Positions 1 through 10,598 of a stretch of DNA of 26,271 bases are shown here, piece by piece. Origin of the DNA: a virus. Positions within the stretch are counted from its first letter, which is position 1, and each line of letters opens with the position of its first letter. The notes under the pieces were generated by a model that had not been told where the DNA came from, searched no databases, and saw only the letters and a program-made list of their open reading frames with translations. The position numbers and the translations under genes were made by a program. Where the stretch lies: the UHGV virus genome UHGV-0343389; one strand, 5' to 3'.

Positions 1-1
1 G

Positions 2-343
2 GATATGTGTGCACATGCAAACAAAATTGCATCAGAAGCAGGAAAGTCACTTCCCATAAAATTGAATGATAATATGTCTATTGTTTCAATAAATGCAATA
101 CTAAACAAACTCTTAGTTGTAGCGCATCTTAATTACAACAACAGCTATTTATCAAAAGTTTATAATGGTGATGTAACCTTAGAAAATAAATTAAAGAGTG
201 TAATGCGAAATTATTCAAAATCGAGCATTTGCTCCAACAGGCAAATGAAAGCATTTATTCACCTTGGCGGAGAGATTGAGTATAGGTATGTATTTAGTGA
301 TGGCAATATATTTGATACATACGCCATCACTAATTGTGAATAG
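2..343 (+). CDS. 5'-truncated AT-rich hypothetical protein (C-terminal 112 aa visible); convergent with the virion module
   Basis: Open frame from the window edge to TAG at 341-343. Visibly AT-rich against the neighbouring operon. Its stop abuts the stop of the 1129-aa minus-strand gene (TAGCTA). No recognisable motifs. Confidence 0.45.
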   Translation, partial: DMCAHANKIASEAGKSLPIKLNDNMSIVSINAILNKLLVVAHLNYNNSYLSKVYNGDVTLENKLKSVMRNYSKSSICSNRQMKAFIHLGGEIEYRYVFSDGNIFDTYAITNCE

Positions 344-3300
344 CTATTTCATCTGCTCTTCAACTTTATTTAGTAACGGTGATATCGCCCACAGGTTCTG
401 AAAAGGTAGCATTTTACGGACCGCGTGGGTTTGCTGGCTGTCAAATTCTCCGTTAAGTACACCATTCGCAACCGTCGCGGCATCACCGCCAAGATCAAAG
501 GTAGGACCAAGTAAAGCACCAATAGCATTACGACTCTGAAACCTTGATACCGGAGGCGCACCAAACATCGCGCCAAGACCAAACCTACCGCCGCTTATGT
601 TCTCAACGGTATTCAGCGGCTCAGAGAGCCAGCCAAGCATTCCGCCCCGGTCGATCCCCTCTTTCACAAGGTTATTCCAGCTGTAGTCGATATCGCGACC
701 GCTTAACTTCTGTTTCATCATATAGACCATTGAGCCAAGCGCAATCGTGCCAAGCGCACCAAGATAGAATGCAGCATCGCCCTGCTGGATACCAGATACT
801 AGCACCCTGTTATGCTGTGCGAAGATAAACGTTTTGAACTGCGTGATCATCTTCCAGCCTTCTTTACTAAAAAACAGCGGTGTATCACCTACGCCAGGCG
901 TTACAATCACTGAGTCTACATCTTTCAGCACTGCAGACTGGAAAATCTCTCTAGCGAAACGGTCATCCCACAGATGACTATGCCCGGTTAACAGCCCGTC
1001 CATATCCTCTCCGTGCTTCCCGAATTGCTCCCCGATTCGGCGCAGAACATCTTCATTGATGCCGACCTGTGCCATCTTCCGCATTTCACTTTTGGAGAGC
1101 GTGCCACCAGCAGAAACTTGGCGAGCCGCGTCAAGTATCCTCGACTGCACTATCATCCCGGACCATGATTTAAGTGCGCTGTTCCACTGATTCATCAGCG
1201 TCCAGTTACCGAATTTCTGCGTCATCCAGTTCAGACCTCGCTCAGCGGCGCTTCTCCGGCTATAGGGGTCAGTAAGATCCGCTATAGCCTTTGTACGCGT
1301 AGACAGGACATAATCAAGCCCAACGGCCATTTCTCGCAAATCCCTGGTTGCAATTTTCACTGAGTCCATATTTTTAAGCATGCTTACCATTGGTCCGAGA
1401 GATTTTCTCAGGCCATGCTGCATCATCGGTCGCATCAGATCAGTTGCAGCGGAGACAGTCATTCCACCAAGCAAACGGAGGAAGTTAATATTCCTAGCAA
1501 CTCGCCCGGCACGAACAAAGAAACTGCGTGGATCTTGAGGTGCACCGTAAGTACCAAGCAGTCGATCACGCATAGCCGTAATATCCCTAATATCAGCCTC
1601 CCGTTGCTTCTCAAGAACTGCACGTCGTTTAGGTGTTTTAGCCTCTTTTATTAGCCGGGTATATTCCTCACTAACCTGACGGATTTGCTCCCCCATATCT
1701 TTACGGCCAAACTGCGCAGTCAGCTCAATTTCTGGTGCCACCTGCCGGAGATAACTTTCCATGATGTAGTTAACATCTGATTCAAGAAAATCTTCTATAC
1801 GCTCATCAGGAATAAGCAGCGTTCTGCTTTTAGTGAAACCAGCCCGACCAACGAGTCTCTCTGGGATAATATCGGCTGGTACAAGCCCGGAAGGTGCGCC
1901 TATTATTTTATTCACGATCTCGTCAGCAGCGTCCTCTGCTTCCTCTCGGGATAGAGGCTCCATCTGCTTCAGTGCTCGTTCGCGGCTTGCATTCAGCCTT
2001 GTGGTTGAATTTGCCCGTTTTTGCAGTCGGCGAAGCTCAGAACGATATTTCCGTGGATTATCCAGCAACTCCATATGGCGCTGATAGACAGGAAGCTCAC
2101 TCTTTGCCTGCGCTATATCATCAAGGCGTGTTTTAAGGTCAGAGCTTTCTTTCATCATTCTTGCCTGAAGTTTTTCTGATGAAGTCTCGGCCAACTCTTT
2201 TTCTATTCTTGTAAGACGCGCCTGTGTGTCAGTCTCCTGAGATATAAGCTTATTTCGTTTATCCAGTTCTTCCATAAGTAGAATTTTTTTACCAGACCAT
2301 TTCTCCGCTTCAGCGATTTCACTAGCGAGAGCATCAGCGCGCGGTGCCGATTCCTCTGCAGTTTTTAGCAATGAATTTATCCTTTCAATTCGCTGACCTG
2401 CTTTGTCAGCACCTTTGGCACTAATCCCTTGTATCCAGTTGGCAATTCGCCCTCTGAATTCAGTGCGGTCGGAAAGTATCTTATCGAACTTATAAATGCG
2501 GGGAAGATAACTTTTCGCCGTCACGACATCGATATCCTCAGGAAGGATCCCCAGTTCCTGCATACGGGCTTTTGTGGTCTCGAAAATGGGGCGGATTCTG
2601 GCGGCTGCTTGTGAAACCTCAGGAATATCACTCTGATCACCACGGCGCATAGCCATGCCAACAGCTTCATTGAAATCAATAAAGCTCATCCTCTTCACGC
2701 CGCGGGCGCTAACAGATTTGCTGTACTGCTGGTAAGCATCACGAGTGGCTTCCATCTGCTTATAAAGCATGGCGTCGTATTGCTTAATCTTAGTCTCGAC
2801 TGCCGTAAACGTAGCCAACCCCTCATCATTTTTGGCGAAGAAATAGTTATTTTCGGCAAGCTGCTGGTTAATCTGACGGGAGACAAGAGATGGTGATTGA
2901 GCCAAGCGGCCAGCAGGAGTGACACTCAACGTTTTGTTAGCAAGTCCAAGTCCAGCGAGCTGTTCCTGATCGAGTGTGGTATTGAAAACCTGAGCTGCAC
3001 CAATGCTTTGAGGAGAATCCATACCTCGCAAATGATTACCTACTGAGTTAACCACTGCCTCGCGCGCGCTAGGTCCAGCAAGTAGCTGTGCACCAGCACC
3101 AAGGATCCCACCAACGAGAGCATCAACAACAACGTTCGATACGCTCTCCATCGGTGAGCGAGCTTCCTGAGTGGCCTGTAATGCGGCTTCTGATACTCCC
3201 CCACCAGCAGCATTCGCTAGGGCAAAACGCCCTGCCGTCTCAGCAATACTTCCTCCACGCGCTACCGCCCCTACAGGGATGAACATTGCAGCCACATTAA

Positions 3301-3733
3301 CCGGGTCTATCATTCCCATTGCTAAGCTTGAAATAGTACCAGCACCACCCATTTCAGATAGATATTCTCTATCTGTTCTTTGCTTATCGATTCGATGTTT
3401 AATTGCCATTGTTTCTTCATGCGAACCGGAGTTGATAAACGAATCTGCAAAATCTTCATAGCCTTTAATATCTGCTGCATCGTTATCAAATGGGTTATAT
3501 CCTTCAACCCTGTCAAACTGACTGAAAGGAGCACTGGCAATAAAGCTACCCAGCGTGTTATCTATACGAAATGCTGCTTGTCTAGACCTTTGAACGCGTT
3601 GATCACTGGTAAATGGGTTCACAGCAGAAAGCAAAGAAGGTGTTTCCATATAGAAATTACTGTCATCAGGTGCTGCTATTTGCTGAATATCCTCGCCAAG
3701 CAACTCTTTAGGATTCTGTTCATATATCGGCAT
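344..3733 (-). CDS. Large internal virion / DNA-ejection protein (T7 gp16-like by position and size)
   Basis: 1129-aa ORF, last gene of the co-directional virion operon, start overlapping the upstream stop. Long coiled-coil-like central region and hydrophobic C-terminal segment. Assignment is by synteny and size only. Confidence 0.55.
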   Translation of the reverse strand: MPIYEQNPKELLGEDIQQIAAPDDSNFYMETPSLLSAVNPFTSDQRVQRSRQAAFRIDNTLGSFIASAPFSQFDRVEGYNPFDNDAADIKGYEDFADSFINSGSHEETMAIKHRIDKQRTDREYLSEMGGAGTISSLAMGMIDPVNVAAMFIPVGAVARGGSIAETAGRFALANAAGGGVSEAALQATQEARSPMESVSNVVVDALVGGILGAGAQLLAGPSAREAVVNSVGNHLRGMDSPQSIGAAQVFNTTLDQEQLAGLGLANKTLSVTPAGRLAQSPSLVSRQINQQLAENNYFFAKNDEGLATFTAVETKIKQYDAMLYKQMEATRDAYQQYSKSVSARGVKRMSFIDFNEAVGMAMRRGDQSDIPEVSQAAARIRPIFETTKARMQELGILPEDIDVVTAKSYLPRIYKFDKILSDRTEFRGRIANWIQGISAKGADKAGQRIERINSLLKTAEESAPRADALASEIAEAEKWSGKKILLMEELDKRNKLISQETDTQARLTRIEKELAETSSEKLQARMMKESSDLKTRLDDIAQAKSELPVYQRHMELLDNPRKYRSELRRLQKRANSTTRLNASRERALKQMEPLSREEAEDAADEIVNKIIGAPSGLVPADIIPERLVGRAGFTKSRTLLIPDERIEDFLESDVNYIMESYLRQVAPEIELTAQFGRKDMGEQIRQVSEEYTRLIKEAKTPKRRAVLEKQREADIRDITAMRDRLLGTYGAPQDPRSFFVRAGRVARNINFLRLLGGMTVSAATDLMRPMMQHGLRKSLGPMVSMLKNMDSVKIATRDLREMAVGLDYVLSTRTKAIADLTDPYSRRSAAERGLNWMTQKFGNWTLMNQWNSALKSWSGMIVQSRILDAARQVSAGGTLSKSEMRKMAQVGINEDVLRRIGEQFGKHGEDMDGLLTGHSHLWDDRFAREIFQSAVLKDVDSVIVTPGVGDTPLFFSKEGWKMITQFKTFIFAQHNRVLVSGIQQGDAAFYLGALGTIALGSMVYMMKQKLSGRDIDYSWNNLVKEGIDRGGMLGWLSEPLNTVENISGGRFGLGAMFGAPPVSRFQSRNAIGALLGPTFDLGGDAATVANGVLNGEFDSQQTHAVRKMLPFQNLWAISPLLNKVEEQMK

Positions 3734-6480
3734 TATTTGCCCCCTGCGTATATATTGCTCGGAAGGTAATTGGCTGAACCATAACCGAATGGTTTGGTCA
3801 GATCTGGAGGAGTATATCCATCTTTATTGCTGAACTGCGGCAGCGGATTGCCTTCTCTCCGCACTCTAGCCTCATCAACACGCTGTTGCTGTAACTGAAT
3901 GGTTTGCCTGTACATTGGAGATGTCAGTTGATCCGGCTTGAAACGAACAGGGAGACCATTTTCTCCAATATAATTTCTCGGTTCTATCGCTCCGTTTGCG
4001 TCAGGCTGTAAAACCATAACAGCATAACTCCTATCCCTTGCCGTAAGGCCATCAGAAACAAGTATTAAGTCCGTATCACTGCGAGGACCGCCAAAGGATT
4101 TTGATTTAAGCTCGCGTTTTTCCTGCTCCCACTGCCCCTGTATCCAGTTACCAGCACCATTATTTACTCCGTACAATGCCTCAGGTGCATACTTCATAAC
4201 CTCTGCTTTGCCATTAACCGTAGAAACTCCCCAGGTGGTTCTGATCATGGCATTGGTCATTTTCTCAGCCTGTTCTGCATCGCCACCTGTCTGTACAAAG
4301 TTAGCATCGTAAATTGTCTGGTAATCTCGCTGATAGGCCGCATTTGATTTTCCTGGATCGGTAATATCCGGAGACCACGAACCAAAGGAAGTCAGACTGC
4401 TGGCGTTATTTTGTGCAGCAGTTGCCCTCGCCGCGACATATTTTTTGTCTCGCATGGCAGTGGAAAGCATCTGTTTCATTCGGTCATCCTGTTGGAACAC
4501 CTGGCTGTAAGCCATATCAACAGCCTTATCCTCCGGCACGCCAGCGCGGGAATAATCGTAAACCTTGCCGTAAAATGCCATCGTACTTTTATCAAGTGTT
4601 GCCGCTGCCGCCGGATTATTATCGAATAACTGACCGTAGAATTTTGCCATCGGGACAACCAGCGCAGGATCTCTTGATGTTGCTCCACTGTTAAGCATTG
4701 TTTTAACCTGAGTTGGTATCATGCCGCTTTTAGTTGTGACGGTGACCAGTGTATTGATGCTCTGCGGATCAGATATGGAAAACGAAGGCGCGATATCCTG
4801 CGCGAAATAACGGTCTACCGCTGCCTGATTGTTTTTGTCGTTCGGGTCCAGCGGGAAGTTATTTTGCATTGAAGACACGAACCTGTTTCTTCCCTGCTGA
4901 ATCTCCCACTCCCTATCCATCTCTTTAAATTTGGCCTGCATTTTCTCCCAGCGTTGCTGGTTAGCAGCAAATCCAGGAGCGTTTGGATCCTGTGGACGTA
5001 AACGTTCAAGAATGTCTTGTCGTCCTTCTGGAGTGAGGTCTTTAGCGGCACCAATGACACCTCCATATTGTATCTGCGCCTGCATATCCTTCCACTTCAT
5101 AGCGCCAATGCGCGGACCATTGGCCCGGATAAAATCGTCCTCAGAAGGTAACTTCTCAGGTTTCAATCCTTCATCAAGGGCTGAATATGCATCTTTAACT
5201 ACGGTGCTAAGCTGGTCCGCATACTGCTGGCGGTACTGATTTCTCAGCTCATTAGCCTGCCTCAATGCCTGTATTTGCATTTGAGGGCTCATAGCATCAA
5301 ATGCCGCATTGCCCGTATAACGCTTAGGTGAATCAAGGTTAGTTAGACCAAGGGCTGCCGAGATACCAGTTTCAAGCTGTTCGGTGCTATAAGGCATACT
5401 GCCATTTTCGTGTTTAATAATCCCAGCACATAAAGCAGCTAGTGTCTTTGGGTTAGAGATATCAAGCTGATCATTCTCCCCAACACCAAGCTCACCACAC
5501 AATGCCCTAATATAAGCATCAGTATTATTACCATCACTAGCCGGAGCATAGCGATTAACAATCTCGCTAACGGTGTCATAGCCTTGACGCTGGTAAGACA
5601 ACATATTTTTACCCAACGCGCGGATTCCATGCTCAGGGGTAGCAAACGTTGCAAAACGTCCATCGCTACCGATCTGACCTTCCCACGGGTTAGATTTGCT
5701 CGCTTCAATATTACCAGGGTTATTATTACGTAAACCACGAGCATCCAATGAATTACCATGTGATATTGCACGACTCACACCACCAAGATCCCCTGGCTCT
5801 CCATTAACCTGAAGAAACTCGTTGTATTTTTGAGCGATATTTCCTATCCATGCTTGCTGCCCCATTTGTTCCTTGAGCTGAGTTTTCTGCTGAACACGCC
5901 ACTCATCAGGAAGCCCATGCGCATCAGCGTATTGATCAATAGATTCAAATCGCTGCTTGGCTAAATCGACAAATGCTTGGTTATCGCTATATAGCCCCGC
6001 AGACTGAGTGACAGCCAATGCATTTCCTGACAAATACGTTTGATCTTGGAATTGCTGAAACTGCCCAACTTCATATCGACGTGCCTGATTGTAATAAGAC
6101 TGCATAGACTGCTGGAGTTGAAAGGATAATTTATTCCTTTCCTCACTTTCAGGGATTGAGCCTAATAATGCCTGAGCCCTTTCCTGCATATTTTTCATAA
6201 CAGCGTCACTCTGACCAAGAGCGTTTTTACCCTGTTTAGAAATCAGCCCATTTTCAGGGTTGTTAATCTGGTCATCTGCAAATTGGTTAAATTGCAGTAA
6301 CGCCTCCTGGGCCATAGCAACATTCGCTTTCTGCCTGGCTTCACCATATGCCACCGCATACTGATCTGCGACATTCGCCAGCACCTGACCTGCTTGAGGA
6401 ACATCGAAGGTCTGAAAACCACCGGTTTGCACACCACGACTTTGCACCTGGCGTCCGGATGTAGTAGGAACAACAGGCAT
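3733..6480 (-). CDS. Internal virion core protein (T7 gp15-like by position); central conserved block, possible cell-wall-active domain
   Basis: 915-aa ORF between the gp14-like and gp16-like genes, translationally coupled at both ends. Contains the block GLRNNNPGNIEASKSNPWEGQIGSDGRFATFATPEHGIRALGKNMLSYQRQGYDT. Function inferred from position. Confidence 0.5.
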   Translation of the reverse strand: MPVVPTTSGRQVQSRGVQTGGFQTFDVPQAGQVLANVADQYAVAYGEARQKANVAMAQEALLQFNQFADDQINNPENGLISKQGKNALGQSDAVMKNMQERAQALLGSIPESEERNKLSFQLQQSMQSYYNQARRYEVGQFQQFQDQTYLSGNALAVTQSAGLYSDNQAFVDLAKQRFESIDQYADAHGLPDEWRVQQKTQLKEQMGQQAWIGNIAQKYNEFLQVNGEPGDLGGVSRAISHGNSLDARGLRNNNPGNIEASKSNPWEGQIGSDGRFATFATPEHGIRALGKNMLSYQRQGYDTVSEIVNRYAPASDGNNTDAYIRALCGELGVGENDQLDISNPKTLAALCAGIIKHENGSMPYSTEQLETGISAALGLTNLDSPKRYTGNAAFDAMSPQMQIQALRQANELRNQYRQQYADQLSTVVKDAYSALDEGLKPEKLPSEDDFIRANGPRIGAMKWKDMQAQIQYGGVIGAAKDLTPEGRQDILERLRPQDPNAPGFAANQQRWEKMQAKFKEMDREWEIQQGRNRFVSSMQNNFPLDPNDKNNQAAVDRYFAQDIAPSFSISDPQSINTLVTVTTKSGMIPTQVKTMLNSGATSRDPALVVPMAKFYGQLFDNNPAAAATLDKSTMAFYGKVYDYSRAGVPEDKAVDMAYSQVFQQDDRMKQMLSTAMRDKKYVAARATAAQNNASSLTSFGSWSPDITDPGKSNAAYQRDYQTIYDANFVQTGGDAEQAEKMTNAMIRTTWGVSTVNGKAEVMKYAPEALYGVNNGAGNWIQGQWEQEKRELKSKSFGGPRSDTDLILVSDGLTARDRSYAVMVLQPDANGAIEPRNYIGENGLPVRFKPDQLTSPMYRQTIQLQQQRVDEARVRREGNPLPQFSNKDGYTPPDLTKPFGYGSANYLPSNIYAGGK

Positions 6481-7058
6481 CAGTAACCTCCTATTTTGAA
6501 TCGGGAGTCAGAATTCATAAAACCTGAGTTAGATAGCATTGGCGTCCCACCACCAGATGTACTTCCTTTAGAGAACGGGCTCCACGTTCCGCCGCCCATC
6601 TGGTATGCACCGTATGCTTTTAGTGGTGCCGTTAACAAAGTGCTGGTCATCGATGATTTAGCAGCCGACTGAGCAGCAGCCCCCTGTGCCTGAGCATTCA
6701 TTCCCTGAACCTGATACCCATATGCCTCACGCTGAGCATTATTCACTGTCGTTAACGCATCAAGAGTGCCGAACTGAGCATTATCCGCAAAAACGTCAAG
6801 AGCTGTTCCGCTACTTAATTCCGCACCGGTAGCCCCCATAGTGGCCGCCGCAGTACCTGAGCGTTGACGCATTTCACGACGACGCTGATCCGCTTCAATA
6901 TTCCCACGATTGATTGAATCCTGTGCCTGAGCTTCAGCAATTTCAGCATTCCGATCAGCTATGGCTGACTGGTATTTTGCCTGCTTGCTCTGGCTGTACA
7001 TTGACGCGGCTGTGGATGCCACTGTGACGGCAACCAAAGCGATGGCTGGGTTACACAT
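6480..7058 (-). CDS. Internal virion protein (T7 gp14-like)
   Basis: 192 aa with hydrophobic N-terminus (AIALVAVTVASTAA) followed by an Ala/Gln-rich low-complexity region. Size and position match gp14-type core proteins. Confidence 0.5.
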   Translation of the reverse strand: MCNPAIALVAVTVASTAASMYSQSKQAKYQSAIADRNAEIAEAQAQDSINRGNIEADQRRREMRQRSGTAAATMGATGAELSSGTALDVFADNAQFGTLDALTTVNNAQREAYGYQVQGMNAQAQGAAAQSAAKSSMTSTLLTAPLKAYGAYQMGGGTWSPFSKGSTSGGGTPMLSNSGFMNSDSRFKIGGY

Positions 7059-7522
7059 TATTTTCTCTCCATGTGAAATCTGTGGAAATTAAGACCAAGA
7101 GCACCATAAGGCGCGGCTTCTTCAAGCCTGAATCCAAGCCAGTGCAGCCATGATTTGGCAACATGGTTTCGCTCGTCGACGTAGTTTTCCAGGCGCGGAT
7201 AAACTGCCAGCATCTGGTGCAATACAGGGCGGCAGTGGCGCAGAAATGTCTTCTGATATTTTTCAATATGGCTGGTACCGACCAGCCAGGGCGTACCATT
7301 GCCACCGATCATTGACGCCGGAGATACACCAAACATGGTTACCAGTTCTCCGTTCGCGAACCCTGACCAGGCCATAGTCGCAGTGCGAAGACCAACACGC
7401 AGCGCATCTTCGGTAGTCATCAGTGATACCGCATACAGTTCGTCAATATCAGCTTGACGAACATCCGGCAAAATCATCTGAAGATGCTCTTCGGTAGCGG
7501 GAATAATTTGAACGTCGATCAT
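7058..7522 (-). CDS. Hypothetical virion-module protein (gp13-like position)
   Basis: 154-aa ORF. ATG at 7522-7520 overlaps the TGA stop of the 823-aa gene. No recognised motifs. Confidence 0.4.
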   Translation of the reverse strand: MIDVQIIPATEEHLQMILPDVRQADIDELYAVSLMTTEDALRVGLRTATMAWSGFANGELVTMFGVSPASMIGGNGTPWLVGTSHIEKYQKTFLRHCRPVLHQMLAVYPRLENYVDERNHVAKSWLHWLGFRLEEAAPYGALGLNFHRFHMERK

Positions 7523-9993
7523 CAGAATCCCCCAACAGTAAGGCGAGGAATAACGGCAAGAACAGACAGCGGCAACGGGTCAAGCTGACGGATTTTTACA
7601 CGTCCGTTTTTGCCCCAGTTACTGTCCAGTTTCACTTCTACTTTTCCGGTAGCATCATCAACAGGATCATCGTAGAACTCGAATTCACGCTGTGGATATT
7701 CGTACCATTTACCGCCGGGCGTAGTCGCCCAGATGCCGCGACTGGCATTCACAACCAGAGTAACGGACGGGATCACCTGTTTTTTGTCCAGCAGCGTTTC
7801 CTGTCCGTTAATGTTGATATCCAGTGTTTCGAATTCAGCAGTTATTGGCAGGCCGATGTGCACTACAGCCCCCGGAGATTCCAGCGTGACGGCACCTCCG
7901 GAAACCACTTTCTGTGGCTCCACGTTCGCATCAGAGAGAATGTTTACGGTCTGGCCTTCAAGATGAGACAGGCCTCCAAATGTCCGGCGCGCCATCTGCC
8001 AGTTCGTGGTGGCCACATTCCTGAGGGATGGCGGGACGTTCCTGTTAGCACGAACCACTACAGCGGTATTGCTGGTTACAGAAATAATGTCGCAACGTAA
8101 TTCTTTTGACACTTCATCGCCAGTATCAGGATCAGTTCCGACATAAGGGAACTGTAGTTGCGCGCCGACATCACTACTGGTGAAGTACGCACCACCAGAA
8201 ACACTGATTGTATATTCCGCGCGATAATCCCATTCGCCAGAACCACCAGTGATGGTCATCGTTCTGTCAGACGTATTTCTTCCATCATAGCTAAGGCCAG
8301 AATCAACAAAGAAAGCATCTTCATCGCTGGTAAATAAACGGCTAGACAGTCTCTCGATGTATCTCACTGTTTGCCCGTTAACGGTTCGGTTAACGACGAA
8401 ATACACCGCATCTTCATTGCCTTCGCTGATACTGCATGTGCTTTCATATTTTCCGGTACTGGACTGTGGTGCCCATGCAAAAACCTGTTGATCACGCAAA
8501 TAGGTCATCACCAGTAATTTACCGTCATCACGGATGCAGAAGGCGCTGGAGTAAGGGACTATCGAGAAGCACCAGTCAACAATGCTGTGCTTCTGAAAAA
8601 GATGATTGGCAAGGATGGTCAGGTCGTTCCCCTGATAGCCGTCAACATCGAATGAGTAGGCCAGATCACGGACAACGCTGCCTTTCTCCTGGACAAACAG
8701 AGCAATATTCGCCACAGCAATTGGTGGGACGTTGCTTGAGCCATTTGATCCCTGAGAGCTGAATGCAAATGATGATGGGGTTAACACTTTGTTCTGGTCG
8801 CCGGTGATGACGTACTCACCTCCGGAAGTCAGCGCCACCAGCGAACCGACATCAATCAGGTGGCGGATCTCATTAACCTGACGTCCGGCATAGGTGTAGA
8901 TAATTCTGTCGTCATCCTGCGTAGGATTGCTTTTGCCAAAATCCTTATAATCCCCGGTACGGCTGGCCCAGATAGTCTGAGGGAACGCAGTCGATGCGGC
9001 GAAGTAAAGACGTTGTTGATAATAAACAACAGTGCCAGGATAACCATTAACACTGTTCCAGGCATATTTAGCCCATTTATAGCTGGCATTATCCTCGCCA
9101 ACGACCTGCGAAGGGATATAGGAAATCACCTCGGCAGTTGCAGTAGTGCCGTTTACAGCAGTGATACGGGCAATGCCAAAACCACTGTGCAGATACTCCC
9201 ACTCAATGCCAGTATCATCATCACCGGATCCGCCCCAGCCATCCCATGATGTGCCTTCTGTATGCGAAGGGCGCAAAGTGCCTGTTTTGCCTGCTGTAAC
9301 GGCGCGATAGTAGTTACTGTCTGCACGGCGAATATCGCCAATCGACGTACTCTTACTGGTTTCCCATACCGGCACTGAATCCACTGCAGGCTGTTCCAGA
9401 TAGAACAATTTGCCTACCTGCTCCGCGCCAAAAATAGAGGCGCTTGCCGTTAACGTAATTGTCCCGGTGCTGGCGCTGGCATAAACCGTCACTGACTCGT
9501 CAATATTGATATCTTCAAATGGCCCGTTCTTCGTTACCACATCAACCAGTTGCCAGTTGTCATGCGCATAGCGGCGCAACTCTTTCGGCGGGTATGCCGG
9601 GTGAACCAGCGTAAGCACGTCGGCGCTTTGCGTAAATTTAATTCGGAACAGATCGGCTTCAGTATATGGCGTGGCAATTTCATAAATAACATTGCTGCTG
9701 TTCAGCACCAACGCACCATCTTTGATAACGCGCATGTACTGGTGTCCGAACTCCAGAGCATAGGTCTGAACAGTCGAGAACTGGAACGGGATCAGGCGGC
9801 ATTTCCGATTTGGGTATTTGGCGGCACCGACAAAACGCGTACCAGGTCGATTCTCAACGCCGCCATACTGCCGCACGATAAAGTTATCGCACTTGCGCAA
9901 TGCCACCTGGTACTTCGCCATGTCGATACGACCGTACAACGACGGTCCAATCTCACCACCGGCAAAGCTGGGCTGGATCCAACTGATAGCCAT
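7522..9993 (-). CDS. Tail tubular protein B (T7 gp12-like)
   Basis: 823-aa ORF directly downstream of the gp11-like gene. Size and order match the podovirus tail tube B/nozzle protein. Confidence 0.55.
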   Translation of the reverse strand: MAISWIQPSFAGGEIGPSLYGRIDMAKYQVALRKCDNFIVRQYGGVENRPGTRFVGAAKYPNRKCRLIPFQFSTVQTYALEFGHQYMRVIKDGALVLNSSNVIYEIATPYTEADLFRIKFTQSADVLTLVHPAYPPKELRRYAHDNWQLVDVVTKNGPFEDINIDESVTVYASASTGTITLTASASIFGAEQVGKLFYLEQPAVDSVPVWETSKSTSIGDIRRADSNYYRAVTAGKTGTLRPSHTEGTSWDGWGGSGDDDTGIEWEYLHSGFGIARITAVNGTTATAEVISYIPSQVVGEDNASYKWAKYAWNSVNGYPGTVVYYQQRLYFAASTAFPQTIWASRTGDYKDFGKSNPTQDDDRIIYTYAGRQVNEIRHLIDVGSLVALTSGGEYVITGDQNKVLTPSSFAFSSQGSNGSSNVPPIAVANIALFVQEKGSVVRDLAYSFDVDGYQGNDLTILANHLFQKHSIVDWCFSIVPYSSAFCIRDDGKLLVMTYLRDQQVFAWAPQSSTGKYESTCSISEGNEDAVYFVVNRTVNGQTVRYIERLSSRLFTSDEDAFFVDSGLSYDGRNTSDRTMTITGGSGEWDYRAEYTISVSGGAYFTSSDVGAQLQFPYVGTDPDTGDEVSKELRCDIISVTSNTAVVVRANRNVPPSLRNVATTNWQMARRTFGGLSHLEGQTVNILSDANVEPQKVVSGGAVTLESPGAVVHIGLPITAEFETLDININGQETLLDKKQVIPSVTLVVNASRGIWATTPGGKWYEYPQREFEFYDDPVDDATGKVEVKLDSNWGKNGRVKIRQLDPLPLSVLAVIPRLTVGGF

Positions 9994-10598
9994 CAGGACA
10001 ACCTCGCAATGGTAAACTCGTCAACCGGTGGCTGTGGTTCCTGTGATTCATTCTGGCTATGCGAGCCAGCACTAAGAATCACGCGATTGTACATATTGAG
10101 GGCAAACGTACCGAGGTCTGCATTCCCAGTCAGCGCCATGTTAATAGCTGCCGCAAGACGCCAGGCCAACGCCTCCATAAAAATGGCATCAAACATGTTC
10201 ACATCTGAAACGCGAGATACATACTTGAGCCATGCCTGCGGCTGGTCTGTGTAGATCAACTTTCCTGTTCCGTTGGTGTCTGCACCAACTTCGTACTGAA
10301 CGCGCATTGCTGCTGTTGGATTGCGTACACCAGGAAGCATAATTTCAGTAATGCGCAGACAATCGGACGGGTACTGGTACGCATATTCCCAGTCAGGCGG
10401 TGGATTGCTCGTATCTGCAAGCGCCACGCGTTTGGTAGCAAAGTTCCAGTCAAAATCAGAAAGCACAGCATCACGGCAGGCCTCAAAGTGCAGCGAACAT
10501 TCCCCCGCTTCCTTGCTGGCTTCCGTCAGGCTGTTAATGCTGCGGCTGTTGCCAATATTGGACAGCGCACGATTGCAGATCTCTACTACAGAGGCCAT
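9993..10598 (-). CDS. Tail tubular protein A (T7 gp11-like)
   Basis: 201 aa. N-terminal pattern VVEICNRALSNIGNSRSINSL resembles the gp11 N-terminus pattern (ILASIGEPPVSTL) recalled from memory. Position immediately upstream of the gp12-like gene. Confidence 0.55.
   Translation of the reverse strand: MASVVEICNRALSNIGNSRSINSLTEASKEAGECSLHFEACRDAVLSDFDWNFATKRVALADTSNPPPDWEYAYQYPSDCLRITEIMLPGVRNPTAAMRVQYEVGADTNGTGKLIYTDQPQAWLKYVSRVSDVNMFDAIFMEALAWRLAAAINMALTGNADLGTFALNMYNRVILSAGSHSQNESQEPQPPVDEFTIARLS

Noticed and set aside
9550-10254. 234-aa plus-strand ORF and other long plus-strand ORFs inside structural genes (for example 12793-13437, 13937-14674, 17664-18170)
   Set aside because: They lie antisense within long, tightly coupled minus-strand genes and have skewed Arg/Ser/Leu-rich composition, typical of shadow ORFs.
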